NCBI GenBank assembly: GCA_964016885.1
Contig: CAXHJY010000105.1
Location: 1-64,000, forward strand
DNA: 64,000 nucleotides
Origin: Eledone cirrhosa
Lineage: Eukaryota
Reading direction: 5' to 3'
Shown here: one piece after another, positions 26,939 to 41,900 of the stretch
Numbering within the stretch: the stretch's first letter is position 1
Layout of the letters: every line of letters starts with the position of its first letter
Notes under the pieces: generated by a model
Databases searched by the model: none
Seen by the model: the letters and a program-made list of their open reading frames with translations, nothing else
What the model was told of the DNA's origin: nothing
Program-made: the position numbers and the translations under genes

Positions 26939-29900
26939 TCCTTCATTCCACTACTCTACAGGAAGTTACTAACACTCCTTCATTCCACTACTTTACAGGT
27001 AGTTACTAACACTCCTTCATTCCACTACTTTATAGGAAGTTACTAACACTCCTTCATTCCACTACTTTATAGGAAGTTACTAACACTCCTTCATTCCACT
27101 ACTCTACAGGAAGTTACTAACACTCCTTCATTCCACTACTTTACAGGAAGTTACTAACACTCCTTCATTCCACTACTTTATAGGAAGTTACTAACACTCC
27201 TTCATTCCACTACTTTACAGGAAGTTACTAACACTCCTTCATTCCACTACTCTACAGGAAGTTACTAACACTCCTTCATTCCACTACTTTACAGGTAGTT
27301 ACTAACACTCCTTCATTCCACTACTTTATAGGAAGTTACTAACACTCCTTCATTCCACTACTTTATAGGAAGTTACTAACACTCCTTCATTCCACTACTC
27401 TACAGGAAGTTACTAACACTCCTTCATTCCACTACTTTACAGGAAGTTACTAACACTCCTTCATTCCACTACTCTACAGGAAGTTACTAACACTCCTTCA
27501 TTCCACTACTTTACAGGAAGTTACTAACACTCCTTCATTCCACTACTGTATAGGAAGTTACTAACACTCCTTCATTCCACTAATTTACAGGAAGTTACTA
27601 ACACTCCTTCATTGCACTACTCTACAGGAAGTTACTAACACTCCTTCATTCCACTACTCTACAGGAAGTTACTAACACTCCTTCATTCCACTACTCTACA
27701 GGAAGTTACTAATACTCCTTCATTCCACTACTTTACAGGAAGTTACTAACACTCCTTCATTCCACTACTGTACAGGAAGTTACTAACACTCCTTCATTCC
27801 ACTACTCTACAGGAAGTTACTAACACTCCTTCATTCCACTACTTTACAGGAAGTTACTAACACTCCTTCATTCCACTACTGTATAGGAAGTTACTAACAC
27901 TCCTTCATTCCACTAATTTACAGGAAGTTACTAACACTCCTTCATTGCACTACTCTACAGGAAGTTACTAACACTCCTTCATTCCACTACTTTATAGGAA
28001 GTTACTAACACTCCTTCATTCCACTAATTTACAGGAAGTTACTAACACTCCTTCATTGCACTACTCTACAGGAAGTTACTAACACTCCTTCATTCCACTA
28101 CTTTATAGGAAGTTACTAACACTCCTTCATTCCACTAATTTACAGGAAGTTACTAACACTCCTTCATTGCACTACTCTACAGGAAGTTACTAACACTCCT
28201 TCATTCCACTACTCTATAAGAAGTTACTAACACTCCTTCATTGCACTACTTTACAGGACGTTACTAACTCTCCTTCATTCCACTACTCTATAAGAAGTTA
28301 CTAACACTCCTTCATTTCACTACTTTATAGAAAGTTACTAACACTCCTTCATTGCACTACTCTACAGGAAGTTACTAACACTCCCTCATTCCACTACTTT
28401 ATAGGAAGTTACTAACACTCCTTCATTGCACTACTCTACAGGAAGTTACTAACACTCCCTCATTCCACTACTCTACAGGAAGTTACTAACACTCCTTCAT
28501 TCCACTACTCTACAGGAAGTTACTAACACTCCTTCATTCCACTACTTTATAGGAAGTTACTAACACTCCTTCATTCCACTAATTTACAGGAAGTTACTAA
28601 CACTCCTTCATTGCACTACTTTATAGGAAGTTACTAACACTCCTTCATTGCACTACTCTACAGGAAGTTACTAACACTCCTTCATTGCACTACTCTACAG
28701 GAAGTTACTAACACTCCTTCATTGCACTACTCTACAGGAAGTTATTAACACCCCTTCATTCCACTACTTTATAGGAAGTTACTAACACTCCTTCATTGCA
28801 CTACTCTACAGGAAGTTACTAACACTCCCTCATTCCACTACTCTACAGGAAGTTACTAACACTCCTTCATTCCACTACTCTACAGGAAGTTACTAACACT
28901 CCTTCATTCCACTACTTTATAGGAAGTTACTAACACTCCTTCATTCCACTAATTTACAGGAAGTTACTAACACTCCTTCATTGCACTACTTTATAGGAAG
29001 TTACTAGCACTCCTTCATTCCACTACTTTACAGGACGTTACTAACACTCCTTCATTCCACTACTCTACAGGAAGTTACTAACACTCCTTCATTCCACTAC
29101 TCTACAGGAAGTTATTAACACCCCTTCATTCCACTACTTTATAGGAAGTTACTAACACTCCTTCATTGCACTACTCTACAGGAAGTTACTAACACTCCTT
29201 CATTGCACTACTTTATAGGAAGTTACAAACACTCCTTCATTGCACTACTTTATAGGAAGTTACAAACACTCCTTCATTCCACTACTTTACAGGAAGTTAC
29301 TAACACTCCTTCATTCCACTACTCTACAGGAAGTTACTAACACTCCTTCATTCCACTACTCTACAGGAAGTTATTAACACCCCTTCATTCCACTACTTTA
29401 TAGGAAGTTACTAACACTCCTTCATTGCACTACTCTACAGGAAGTTACTAACACTCCTTCATTCCACTACTTTATAGGAAGTTACTAACACTCCTTCATT
29501 GCACTACTCTACAGGAAGTTACTAACACCCCTTCATTCCACTACTTTATAGGAAGTTACTAACACTCCTTCATTGCACTACTCTACAGGAAGTTACTAAC
29601 ACTCCTTCATTGCACTACTCTACAGGAAGTTACTAACACTCCTTCATTCCACTACTCTACAGGAAGTTACTAACACTCCTTCATTGCACTACTTTATAGG
29701 AAGTTACAAACACTCCTTCATTCCACTACTTTACAGGAAGTTACTAACACTCCTTCATTCCACTACTTTACAGGAAGTTACTAACCCTCCTTCATTCCAC
29801 TACTTTACAGGAAGTTACAAACACTCCTTCATTGCACTACTCTACAGGAAGTTACTAACACTCCTTCATTCCACTACTTTACAGGAAGTTACTAACACTC

Positions 29901-32900
29901 CTTCATTCCACTACTTTACAGGAAGTTACTAACACTCCTTCATTCCACTACTTTACAGGAAGTTACAAACACTCCTTCATTGCACTACTCTACAGGAAGT
30001 TACTAACACTCCTTCATTCCACTACTTTACAGGAAGTTACTAACACTCCTTCATTCCACTACTTTACAGGAAGTTACTAGCACTCCTTCATTGCACTACT
30101 TTACAGGAAGTTACTAACACTCCTTCATTGCACTACTCTACAGGAAGTTACTAACACTCCTTCATTCCACTACTTTACAGGAAGTTACTAACACTCCTTC
30201 ATTCCACTACTTTACAGGAAGTTACAAACACTCCTTCATTGCACTACTCTACAGGAAGTTACTAACACTCCTTCATTCCACTACTTTACAGGAAGTTACT
30301 AACACTCCTTCATTCCACTACTTTATAGGAAGTTACTAACACTCCTTCATTCCACTACTTTACAGGAAGTTACTAACACTCCTTCATTCCACTACTCTAT
30401 ATTAAGTTACTAACACTCCTTCATTCCACTACTTTACAGGAAGTTACTAGCACTCCTTCATTGCACTACTTTACAGGAAGTTACTAGCACTCCTTCATTG
30501 CACTACTCTACAGGAAGTTACAAACACTCCTTCATTCCACTACTCTACAGGAAGTTACTAACACTCCTTCATTGCACTACTCTACAGGAAGTTACTAACA
30601 CTCCTTCATTCCACTACTCTACAGGAAGTTACTAACACTCCTTCATTGCACTACTTTACAGGAAGTTACTAACACTCCTTCATTCCACTACTTTATAGGA
30701 AGTTACTAACACTCCTTCATTCCACTACTTTACAGGAATTTACTAACACTCCTTCATTCCACTACTTTATAGGAAGTTACTAACACTCCTTCATTCCACT
30801 ACTCTACAGGAAGTTACTAACACTCCTTCATTCCACTACTCTACAGGAAGTTACTAACACTCCTTCATTCCACTACTTTATAGGAAGTTACTAACACTCC
30901 TTCATTGCACTACTTTACAGGAAGTTATTAAACACTCCTTCATTCCACTACTCTACAGGAAGTTACTAACACTCCTTCATTCCACTACTCTACAGGAAGT
31001 TACTAACACTCCTTCATTCCACTACTCTACAGGAAGTTACTAACACTCCTTCATTCCACTACTCTATAGGAAGTTACTAACACTCCTTCATTCCACGACT
31101 TTATAGGAAGTTACTAACACTCCTTCATTCCACTACTTTACAGGAAGTTACTAACACTCCTTCATTCCACTACTTTACAGGAAGTTACTAACACTCCTTC
31201 ATTCCACTACTTTACAGGAAGTTACTAACACTCCTTCTTTCCACTACTTTACAGGAAGTTACTAACACTCCTTCATTCCACTACTTTACAGGAAGTTACT
31301 AACACTCCTTCATTCAACTACTCTACAGGAAGTTACTAACACTCATTCATTGCACTACTTTATAGGAAGTTACTAACACTCCTTCATTGCACTACTTTAT
31401 AGAAAGTTACTAACACTCCTTCATTGCACTACTCTACAGGAAGTTACTAACACTCCTTCATTCCACTACTTTATAGGAAGTTACTAACACTCCTTCATTG
31501 CACTACTTTATAGAAAGTTACTAACACTCCTTCATTGCACTACTCTACAGGAAGTTACTAACACTCCTTCATTGCACTACTCTACAGGAAGTTACTAACA
31601 CTCCTTCATTGCACTACTCTACAGGAAGTTACTAACACTCCTTCATTCCACTACTTTATAGAAAGTTACTAACACTCTTTCATTGCACTACTCTACAGGA
31701 AGTTACGAACACTCCTGCATTCCACTACTTTACAGGAAGTTACTAACACTCTTTCATTCCACTACTTTATAGGAAGTTACTAACACTCCTTCATTGCACT
31801 ACTCTACAGGAAGTTACTAACACTCCTTCATTCCACTACTCTACAGGAAGTTACTAACACTCCTTCATTCCACTACTTTATAGGAAGTTACTAACACTCC
31901 TTCATTGCACTACTCTACAGGAAGTTACTAACACTCCTTCATTGCACTACTCTACAGGAAGTTACTAACACTCCTTCATTGCACTACTCTACAGGAAGTT
32001 ATTAACACCCCTTCATTCCACTACTTTATAGGAAGTTACTAACACTCCTTCATTGCACTACTCTACAGGAAGTTACTAACACTCCCTCATTCCACTACTC
32101 TACAGGAAGTTACTAACACTCCTTCATTCCACTACTCTACAGGAAGTTACTAACACTCCTTCATTCCACTACTTTATAGGAAGTTACTAACACTCCTTCA
32201 TTCCACTAATTTACAGGAAGTTACTAACACTCCTTCATTGCACTACTTTACAGGACGTTACTAACTCTCCTTCATTCCACTACTCTACAGGAAGTTATTA
32301 ACACCCCTTCATTCCACTACTTTATAGGAAGTTACTAACACTCCTTCATTGCACTACTCTACAGGAAGTTACTAACACTCCCTCATTCCACTACTCTACA
32401 GGAAGTTACTAACACTCCTTCATTCCACTACTCTACAGGAAGTTACTAACACTCCTTCATTCCACTACTTTATAGGAAGTTACTAACACTCCTTCATTCC
32501 ACTAATTTACAGGAAGTTACTAACACTCCTTCATTGCACTACTCTACAGGAAGTTACTAACACTCCTTCATTCCACTACTTTACAGGAAGTTACTAACAC
32601 TCCTTCATTCCACTACTTTACAGGAAGTTACAAACACTCCTTCATTGCACTACTCTACAGGAAGTTACTAACACTCCTTCATTCCACTACTTTATAGGAA
32701 GTTACTAACACTCCTTCATTGCACTACTTTACAGGAAGTTACTAACACTCCTTCATTCCACTACTCTACAGGAAGTTACTAACACTCCTTCATTGCACTA
32801 CTCTACAGGAAGTTACTAACACTCCTTCTTTCCACTACTTTACAGGAAGTTACTAACACTCCTTCATTCCACGAATTTACAGGAAGTTAATAACACTCCT

Positions 32901-35900
32901 TCATTCCACTACTTTATAGGAAGTTACTAACACTCCTTCATTCCACTACTCTACAGGAAGTTACTAACACTCCTTCATTCCACTACTTTACAGGAAGTTA
33001 CTAACACTCCTTCATTCCACTACTTTATAGGAAGTTACTAACACTCCTTCATTCCACTACTTTACAGGAATTTACTAACACTCCTTCATTCCACTACTTT
33101 ATAGGAAGTTACTAACACTCCTTCATTCCACTACTTGATAGGAAGTTACTAACACTCCTTCATTCCACTACTTTATAGTAAGTTACTAACACTCCTTCAT
33201 TCCACTACTCTCTAGCAAGTTACTAACACTCCTTCATTCCACTACTTTATAGGAAGTTACTAACACTCCTTCATTCCACTACTTTATAGGAAGTTACTAA
33301 CACTCCTTCATTGCACTACTTTATAGGAAGTTACTAACACTCCTTCATTCCACTACTTTATAGGAAGTTACTAACACTCCTCCATTGCACTACTTTATAG
33401 GAAGTTACTAACACTCCTTCATTGCACTACTTTATAGGAAGTTACTAACACTCCTTCATTGCACTACTTTATAGGAAGTTACTAACACTCCTTCATTCAA
33501 CTACTCTACAGGAAGTTACTAACACTCATTCATTGCACTACTTTATAGGAAGTTACTAACACTCCTTCATTGCACTACTTTATAGAAAGTTACTAACACT
33601 CCTTCATTGCACTACTCTACAGGAAGTTACTAACACTCCTTCATTCCACTACTTTATAGGAAGTTACTAACACTCCTTCATTGCACTACTTTATAGAAAG
33701 TTACTAACACTCTTTCATTGCACTACTCTACAGGAAGTTACTAACACTCCTTCATTCCACTACTCTACAGGAAGTTACTAACACTCCTTCATTCCACTAC
33801 TTTATAAGAAGTTACTAACACTCCTTCATTGCACTAATTATAGGAAGTTACTAACAGTCCTTCATTCCACTACTTTACAGGAAGTTACTAACACTCCTTC
33901 ATTCCACTACTTTATAGGAAGTTACTAACACTCCTTAATTCCACTACTTTACTGGAAGTTACTAACACTCCTTCATTGCACTACTTTATAGGAAGTTACT
34001 AACACTCCTTCATTCCACTACTTTACAGGAAGTTACTAACACTCCTTCATTGCACTACTTTATAGGAAGTTACTAACACTCCTTCATTCCACTACTTTAC
34101 AGGAAGTTACTAACACTCCTTCATTCCACTACTTTATAGGAAGTTACTAACACTCCTTCATTGCACTACTTTATAGGAAGTTACTAACACTCCTTCATTC
34201 CACTACTTTACAGGAAGTTACTAACACTCCTTCATTGCACTACTTTACAGGAAGTTACTAACACTCCTTCATTCCACTACTTTATAGGAAGTTACTAACA
34301 CTCCTCCATTGCACTACTTTACAGCAAGTTACTAACACTCCTTCATTCCACTACTTTACAGGAAGTTACTAACACTCCTTCATTGCACTACTTTACAGGA
34401 AGTTACTAACACTCCTTCATTCCACTACTTTACAGGAAGTTACTAACACTCCTTCATTGCACTACTTTACAGGAAGTTACTAACACCCCTTCATTCCACT
34501 ACTTTATAGGAAGTTACTAACACTCCTTCATTCCACTACTTTACATGAGGTTACTAACACTCCTTCATTGCACTACTTTATAGGAAGTTACTAACACTCC
34601 TTCATTCCACTACTCTACAGGAAGTTACTAACACTCTTTCATTCCACTACTTTATAGGAAGTTACTAACACTCCTTCATTCCACTACTTTACAGGTAGTT
34701 ACGAACACTCCTGCATTCCACTACTTTATAGGAAGTTACTAACACTCCTTCATTCTACTACTTTACAGGAAGTTACTAACACTCTTTCATTCCACTACTT
34801 TATAGGAAGTTACTAACACTCCTTCATTGCACTACTCTACAGGAAGTTACTAACACTCCTTCATTCCACTACTTTAGAGGAAGTTACTAACACTCCTTCA
34901 TTCCACTACTTTACAGGAAGTTACTAACACTCCTTCATTGCACTAATCCACAGGAAGTTACTAACACTCCTTCATTACACTACTTTATAGGAAGTTACTA
35001 ACACTCCTTCATTCCACTACTTTATAGGAAGTTACTAACACTCCTTCATTCCACTACTTTATAGGAAGTTACTAACACTCCTCCATTGCACTACTTTATA
35101 GGAAGTTACTAACACTCCTTCATTGCACTACTTTATAGGAAGTTACTAACACTCCTTCATTGCACTACTTTATAGGAAGTTACTAACACTCCTTCATTCA
35201 ACTACTCTACAGGAAGTTACTAACACTCATTCATTGCACTACTTTATAGGAAGTTACTAACACTCCTTCATTGCACTACTTTATAGAAAGTTACTAACAC
35301 TCCTTCATTGCACTACTCTACAGGAAGTTACTAACACTCCTTCATTCCACTACTTTATAGGAAGTTACTAACACTCCTTCATTGCACTACTTTATAGAAA
35401 GTTACTAACACTCCTTCATTGCACTACTCTACAGGAAGTTACTAACACTCCTTCATTCCACTACTCTACAGGAAGTTACTAACACCCCTTCATTCCACTA
35501 CTTTATAAGAAGTTACTAACACTCCTTCATTGCACTAATTATAGGAAGTTACTAACAGTCCTTCATTCCACTACTTTACAGGAAGTTACTAACACTCCTT
35601 CATTCCACTACTTTATAGGAAGTTAGTAACACTCCTTAATTCCACTACTTTACTGGAAGTTACTAACACTCCTTCATTGCACTACTTTATAGGAAGTTAC
35701 TAACACTCCTTCATTCCACTACTTTACAGGAAGTTACTAACACTCCTTCATTGCACTACTTTATAGGAAGTTACTAACACTCCTTCATTCCACTACTTTA
35801 CAGGAAGTTACTAACACTCCTTCATTCCACTACTTTATAGGAAGTTACTAACACTCCTTCATTGCACTACTTTATAGGAAGTTACTAACACTCCTTCATT

Positions 35901-38900
35901 CCAATACTTTACAGGAAGTTACTAACACTCCTTCATTGCACTACTTTACAGGAAGTTACTAACACTCCTTCATTCCACTACTTTATAGGAAGTTACTAAC
36001 ACTCCTCCATTGCACTACTTTACAGGAAGTTACTAACACTCCTTCATTCCACTACTTTACAGGAAGTTACTAACACTCCTTCATTGCACTACTTTACAGG
36101 AAGTTACTAACACTCCTTCATTCCACTACTTTACAGGAAGTTACTAACACTCCTTCATTGCACTACTTTACAGGAAGTTACTAACACCCCTTCATTCCAC
36201 TACTTTATAGGAAGTTACTAACACTCCTTCATTCCACTACTTTACATGAGGTTACTAACACTCCTTCATTGCACTACTTTATAGGAAGTTACTAACACTC
36301 CTTCATTCCACTACTCTACAGGAAGTTACTAACACTCTTTCATTCCACTACTTTATAGGAAGTTACTAACACTCCTTCATTCCACTACTTTACAGGTAGT
36401 TACGAACACTCCTGCATTCCACTACTTTATAGGAAGTTACTAACACTCCTTCATTCTACTACTTTACAGGAAGTTACTAACACTCTTTCATTCCACTACT
36501 TTATAGGAAGTTACTAACACTCCTTCATTGCACTACTCTACAGGAAGTTACTAACACTCCTTCATTCCACTACTTTAGAGGAAGTTACTAACACTCCTTC
36601 ATTCCACTACTTTACAGGAAGTTACTAACACTCCTTCATTGCACTAATCCACAGGAAGTTACTAACACTCCTTCATTACACTACTTTATAGGAAGTTACT
36701 AACACTCCTTCATTCCACTACTTTATAGGAAGTTACTAACACTCCTTCATTCCACTACTTTACAGGAAGTTACTAACACGCCTTCATTGCACTACTCTAC
36801 AGGAAGTTACTAGCACTCCTTCATTCCACTACTCTACAGGAAGTTACTAACACTCCTTCATTCCACTACTCTATAGGAAGTTACTAACACTCCTTCATTC
36901 CACTACTTTACAGGAAGTTACTAACACTCTTTCATTGCACTACTCTACAGGAAGTTACTAACACTCCTTCATTCCACTACTCTACAGGAAGTTACTAACA
37001 CTCCTTCATTCCACTACTTTACAGAAAGTTATTAACACTCCTTCATTCCACTACTTTATAGGAAGTTACTAACAGTCTTTCATTCCACTACTTTATAGGA
37101 AGTTACTAACACTCCTTCATTCCACTACTTTACAGGTAGTTACTAACACTCCTTCATTCCACTACTTTACAGGAAGTTACTAACACTCCTTCATTCCACT
37201 ACTCTACAGGAAGTTACTAACACTCCATTCCACTACTTTACAGGAAGTTACTAACACTCCTTCATTCCACTACTTTACAGGAAGTTACTAACTCTCTTTC
37301 ATTCCACTACTTTATAGGAAGTTACTAACACTCCTTCATTCCACTACTTTATAGGAAGTTACTAACACTCCTTCATTGCACTACTTTATAGGAAGTTACT
37401 AACACTCCTTCATTCCACTACTTTACAGGAAGTTAGTAACACTCCTTCATTGCACAACTTTACAGGAAGTTACTAACACTCCTTCATTCCAGTACTTTAT
37501 AGGAAGTTACTAACACTCCTTCATTGCACTACTTTATAGGAAGTTACTAACACTCCTTCATTCCACTACTTTATAGGAAGTTACTAACACTCCTTCATTG
37601 TACTACTTTACAGGAAGTTACTAACACTCCTTCATTCCACTACTTTACAGGAAGTTACTAACACTCCTTCATTCCACTACTTTATAGGAAGTTACTAACA
37701 CTCCTTCATTCCACTACTCTATAGGTAGTTACTAACACTCTTTCATTCCACTACTTTATAGGAAGTTACTAACACTCCTTCATTCCACTACTTTACAGGA
37801 AGTTACTAACATTCCTTCATTCCACTACTTTATAGGAAGTTACTAACACCCCTTCATCCCACTACTCTACAGGAAGTTACTAACACTCCTTCATTGCACT
37901 ACTTTATAGGAAGTTACTAACACTCCTTCATTCCACTACTTTACATGAAGTTACTAACACTCCTTCATTCCACTACTTTACAGGAAGTTACTAACACTCT
38001 TTCATTCCACTACTTTATAGGAAGTTACTAACACTCCTTCATTCCACTACTTTACAGGAAGTTACTAACACTCCTTCATTGCACTACTTTATAGGAAGTT
38101 ACTAACACTCCTTCATTCCACTACTTTACAGGAAGTTACTAACACTCCTTCATTCCACTACTTTATAGGAAGTTACTAACACTCCTTCATTCCACTACTT
38201 TACAGGAAGTTACTAACACTCCTTCATTGCACTACTTTATAGGAAGTTACTAACACTCCTTCATTCCACTACTTTACAGGAAGTTACTAACACTCCTTCA
38301 TTCCACTACTTTACAGGAAGTTACTAACACTCCTTCATTCCACTACTTTACAGGAAGTTACTAACACTCCTTCATTCCACTACTTTATAGGAAGTTACTA
38401 ACACTCCTTCATTCCACTACTTTACAGGAAGTTACTAACACTCCTTCATTGCACTAATTATAGGAAGTTACTAACAGTCCTTCATTCCACTACTTTACAG
38501 GAAGTTACTAACACTCCTTCATTCCACTACTTTATAGGAAGTTACTAACACTCCTTAATTCCACTACTTTACTGGAAGTTACTAACACTCCTTCATTGCA
38601 CTACTTTATAGGAAGTTACTAACACTCCTTCATTCCACTACTTTACAGGAAGTTACTAACACTCCTTCATTGCACTACTTTATAGGAAGTTACTAACCCT
38701 CCTTCATTCCACTACTTTACAGGAAGTTACTAACACTCCTTCATTCCACTACTTTATAGGAAGTTACTAACACTCCTTCATTGCACTACTTTATAGGAAG
38801 TTACTAACACTCCTTCATTCCACTACTTTACAGGAAGTTACTAACACTCCTTCATTGCACTACTTTACAGGAAGTTACTAACACTCCTTCATTCCACTAC

Positions 38901-41900
38901 TTTATAGGAAGTTACTAACACTCCTCCATTGCACTACTTTACAGGAAGTTACTAACACTCCTTCATTCCACTACTTTACAGGAAGTTACTAACACTCCTT
39001 CATTGCACTACTTTACAGGAAGTTACTAACACTCCTTCATTCCACTACTTTACAGGAAGTTACTAACACTCTTTCATTGCACTACTTTACAGGAAGTTAC
39101 TAACACTCCTTCATTCCACTACTTTACAGGAAGTTACTAACACTCCTTCATTGCACTACTTTATAGGAAGTTACTAACACTCCTTCATTCCACTACTTTA
39201 CAGGAAGTTACTAACACTCCTTCATTCCACTACTTTATAGGAAGTTACTAACACTCCTTCATTCCACTACTCTATAGGAAGTTACTATCACTCTTTCATT
39301 CCACTACTTTATAGGAAGTTACTAACACTCCTTCATTCCACTACTTACAGGAAGTTACTAACACTCCTTCATTCCACTACTTTATAGGAAGTTACTAACA
39401 CTCCTTCATTCCACTACTTTATAGGAAGTTACTAACACTCCTTCATTGCACTACTCTATAGGAAGTTACTAACACTCCTTCATTCCACTACTTTACAGGA
39501 AGTTACTAACACTCCTTCACTCCACTACTTTATAGGAAGTTACTAACACTCCTTCATTCCACTACTTTACAGGAAGTTACTAACACTCCTTCATTGCACT
39601 ACTTTATAGGAAGTTACTAACACTCCTTCATTCCACTACTTTACAGGAAGTTACTAACACTCCTTCATTCCACTACTTTATAGGAAGTTACTAACACTCC
39701 TTCATTCCACTACTTTACAGGAAGTTACTAACACTCCTTCATTGCACTACTTTATAGGAAGTTACTAACACTCCTTCATTCCACTACTTTACAGGAAGTT
39801 ACTAACACTCCTTCATTCCACTACTTTATAGGAAGTTACTAACACTCCTTCATTCCACTACTCTACAGGAAGTTACTAACACCCCTTCATTCCACTACTT
39901 TATAAGAAGTTACTAACACTCCTTCATTCCACTACTCTACAGGAAGTTACTAACACCCCTTCATTCCACTACTTTATAAGAAGTTACTAACACTCCTTCA
40001 TTCCACTACTCTACAGGAAGTTACTAACACTCCTTCATTCCACTACTTTATAGGAAGTTACTAACACTCCTTCATTCCACTACTCTACAGGAAGTTACTA
40101 ACACTCCTTCATTCCACTACTTTACAGAAAGTTATTAACACTCCTTCATTCCACTACTTTATAGGAAGTTACTAACAGTCTTTCATTCCACTACTTTATA
40201 GGAAGTTACTAACACTCCTTCATTCCACTACTTTACAGGAAGTTACTAACACTCCTTCATTCCACTACTCTACAGGTAGTTACTAACACTCCTTCATTCC
40301 ACTACTTTACAGGAAGTTACTAACACTCCTTCATTCCACTACTCTACAGGAAGTTACTAACACTCCATTCCACTACTTTACAGGAAGTTACTAACACTCC
40401 TTCATTCCACTACTTTACAGGTAGTTACGAACACTCCTGCATTCCACTACTTTATAGGAAGTTACTAACACTCCTTCATTCTACTACTTTACAGGAAGTT
40501 ACTAACACTCTTTCATTCCACTACTTTATAGGAAGTTACTAACACTCCTTCATTGCACTACTCTACAGGAAGTTACTAACACTCCTTCATTCCACTACTT
40601 TAGAGGAAGTTACTAACACTCCTTCATTCCACTACTTTACAGGAAGTTACTAACACTCCTTCATTGCACTAATCCACAGGAAGTTACTAACACTCCTTCA
40701 TTACACTACTTTATAGGAAGTTACTAACACTCCTTCATTCCACTACTTTATAGGAAGTTACTAACACTCCTTCATTCCACTACTTTACAGGAAGTTACTA
40801 ACACGCCTTCATTGCACTACTCTACAGGAAGTTACTAGCACTCCTTCATTCCACTACTCTACAGGAAGTTACTAACACTCCTTCATTCCACTACTCTATA
40901 GGAAGTTACTAACACTCCTTCATTCCACTACTTTACAGGAAGTTACTAACACTCTTTCATTGCACTACTCTACAGGAAGTTACTAACACTCCTTCATTCC
41001 ACTACTCTACAGGAAGTTACTAACACTCCTTCATTCCACTACTTTACAGAAAGTTATTAACACTCCTTCATTCCACTACTTTATAGGAAGTTACTAACAG
41101 TCTTTCATTCCACTACTTTATAGGAAGTTACTAACACTCCTTCATTCCACTACTTTACAGGTAGTTACTAACACTCCTTCATTCCACTACTTTACAGGAA
41201 GTTACTAACACTCCTTCATTCCACTACTCTACAGGAAGTTACTAACACTCCATTCCACTACTTTACAGGAAGTTACTAACACTCCTTCATTCCACTACTT
41301 TACAGGAAGTTACTAACTCTCTTTCATTCCACTACTTTATAGGAAGTTACTAACACTCCTTCATTCCACTACTTTATAGGAAGTTACTAACACTCCTTCA
41401 TTGCACTACTTTATAGGAAGTTACTAACACTCCTTCATTCCACTACTTTACAGGAAGTTAGTAACACTCCTTCATTGCACAACTTTACAGGAAGTTACTA
41501 ACACTCCTTCATTCCAGTACTTTATAGGAAGTTACTAACACTCCTTCATTGCACTACTTTATAGGAAGTTACTAACACTCCTTCATTCCACTACTTTATA
41601 GGAAGTTACTAACACTCCTTCATTGTACTACTTTACAGGAAGTTACTAACACTCCTTCATTCCACTACTTTACAGGAAGTTACTAACACTCCTTCATTCC
41701 ACTACTTTATAGGAAGTTACTAACACTCCTTCATTCCACTACTCTATAGGTAGTTACTAACACTCTTTCATTCCACTACTTTATAGGAAGTTACTAACAC
41801 TCCTTCATTCCACTACTTTACAGGAAGTTACTAACATTCCTTCATTCCACTACTTTATAGGAAGTTACTAACACCCCTTCATCCCACTACTCTACAGGAA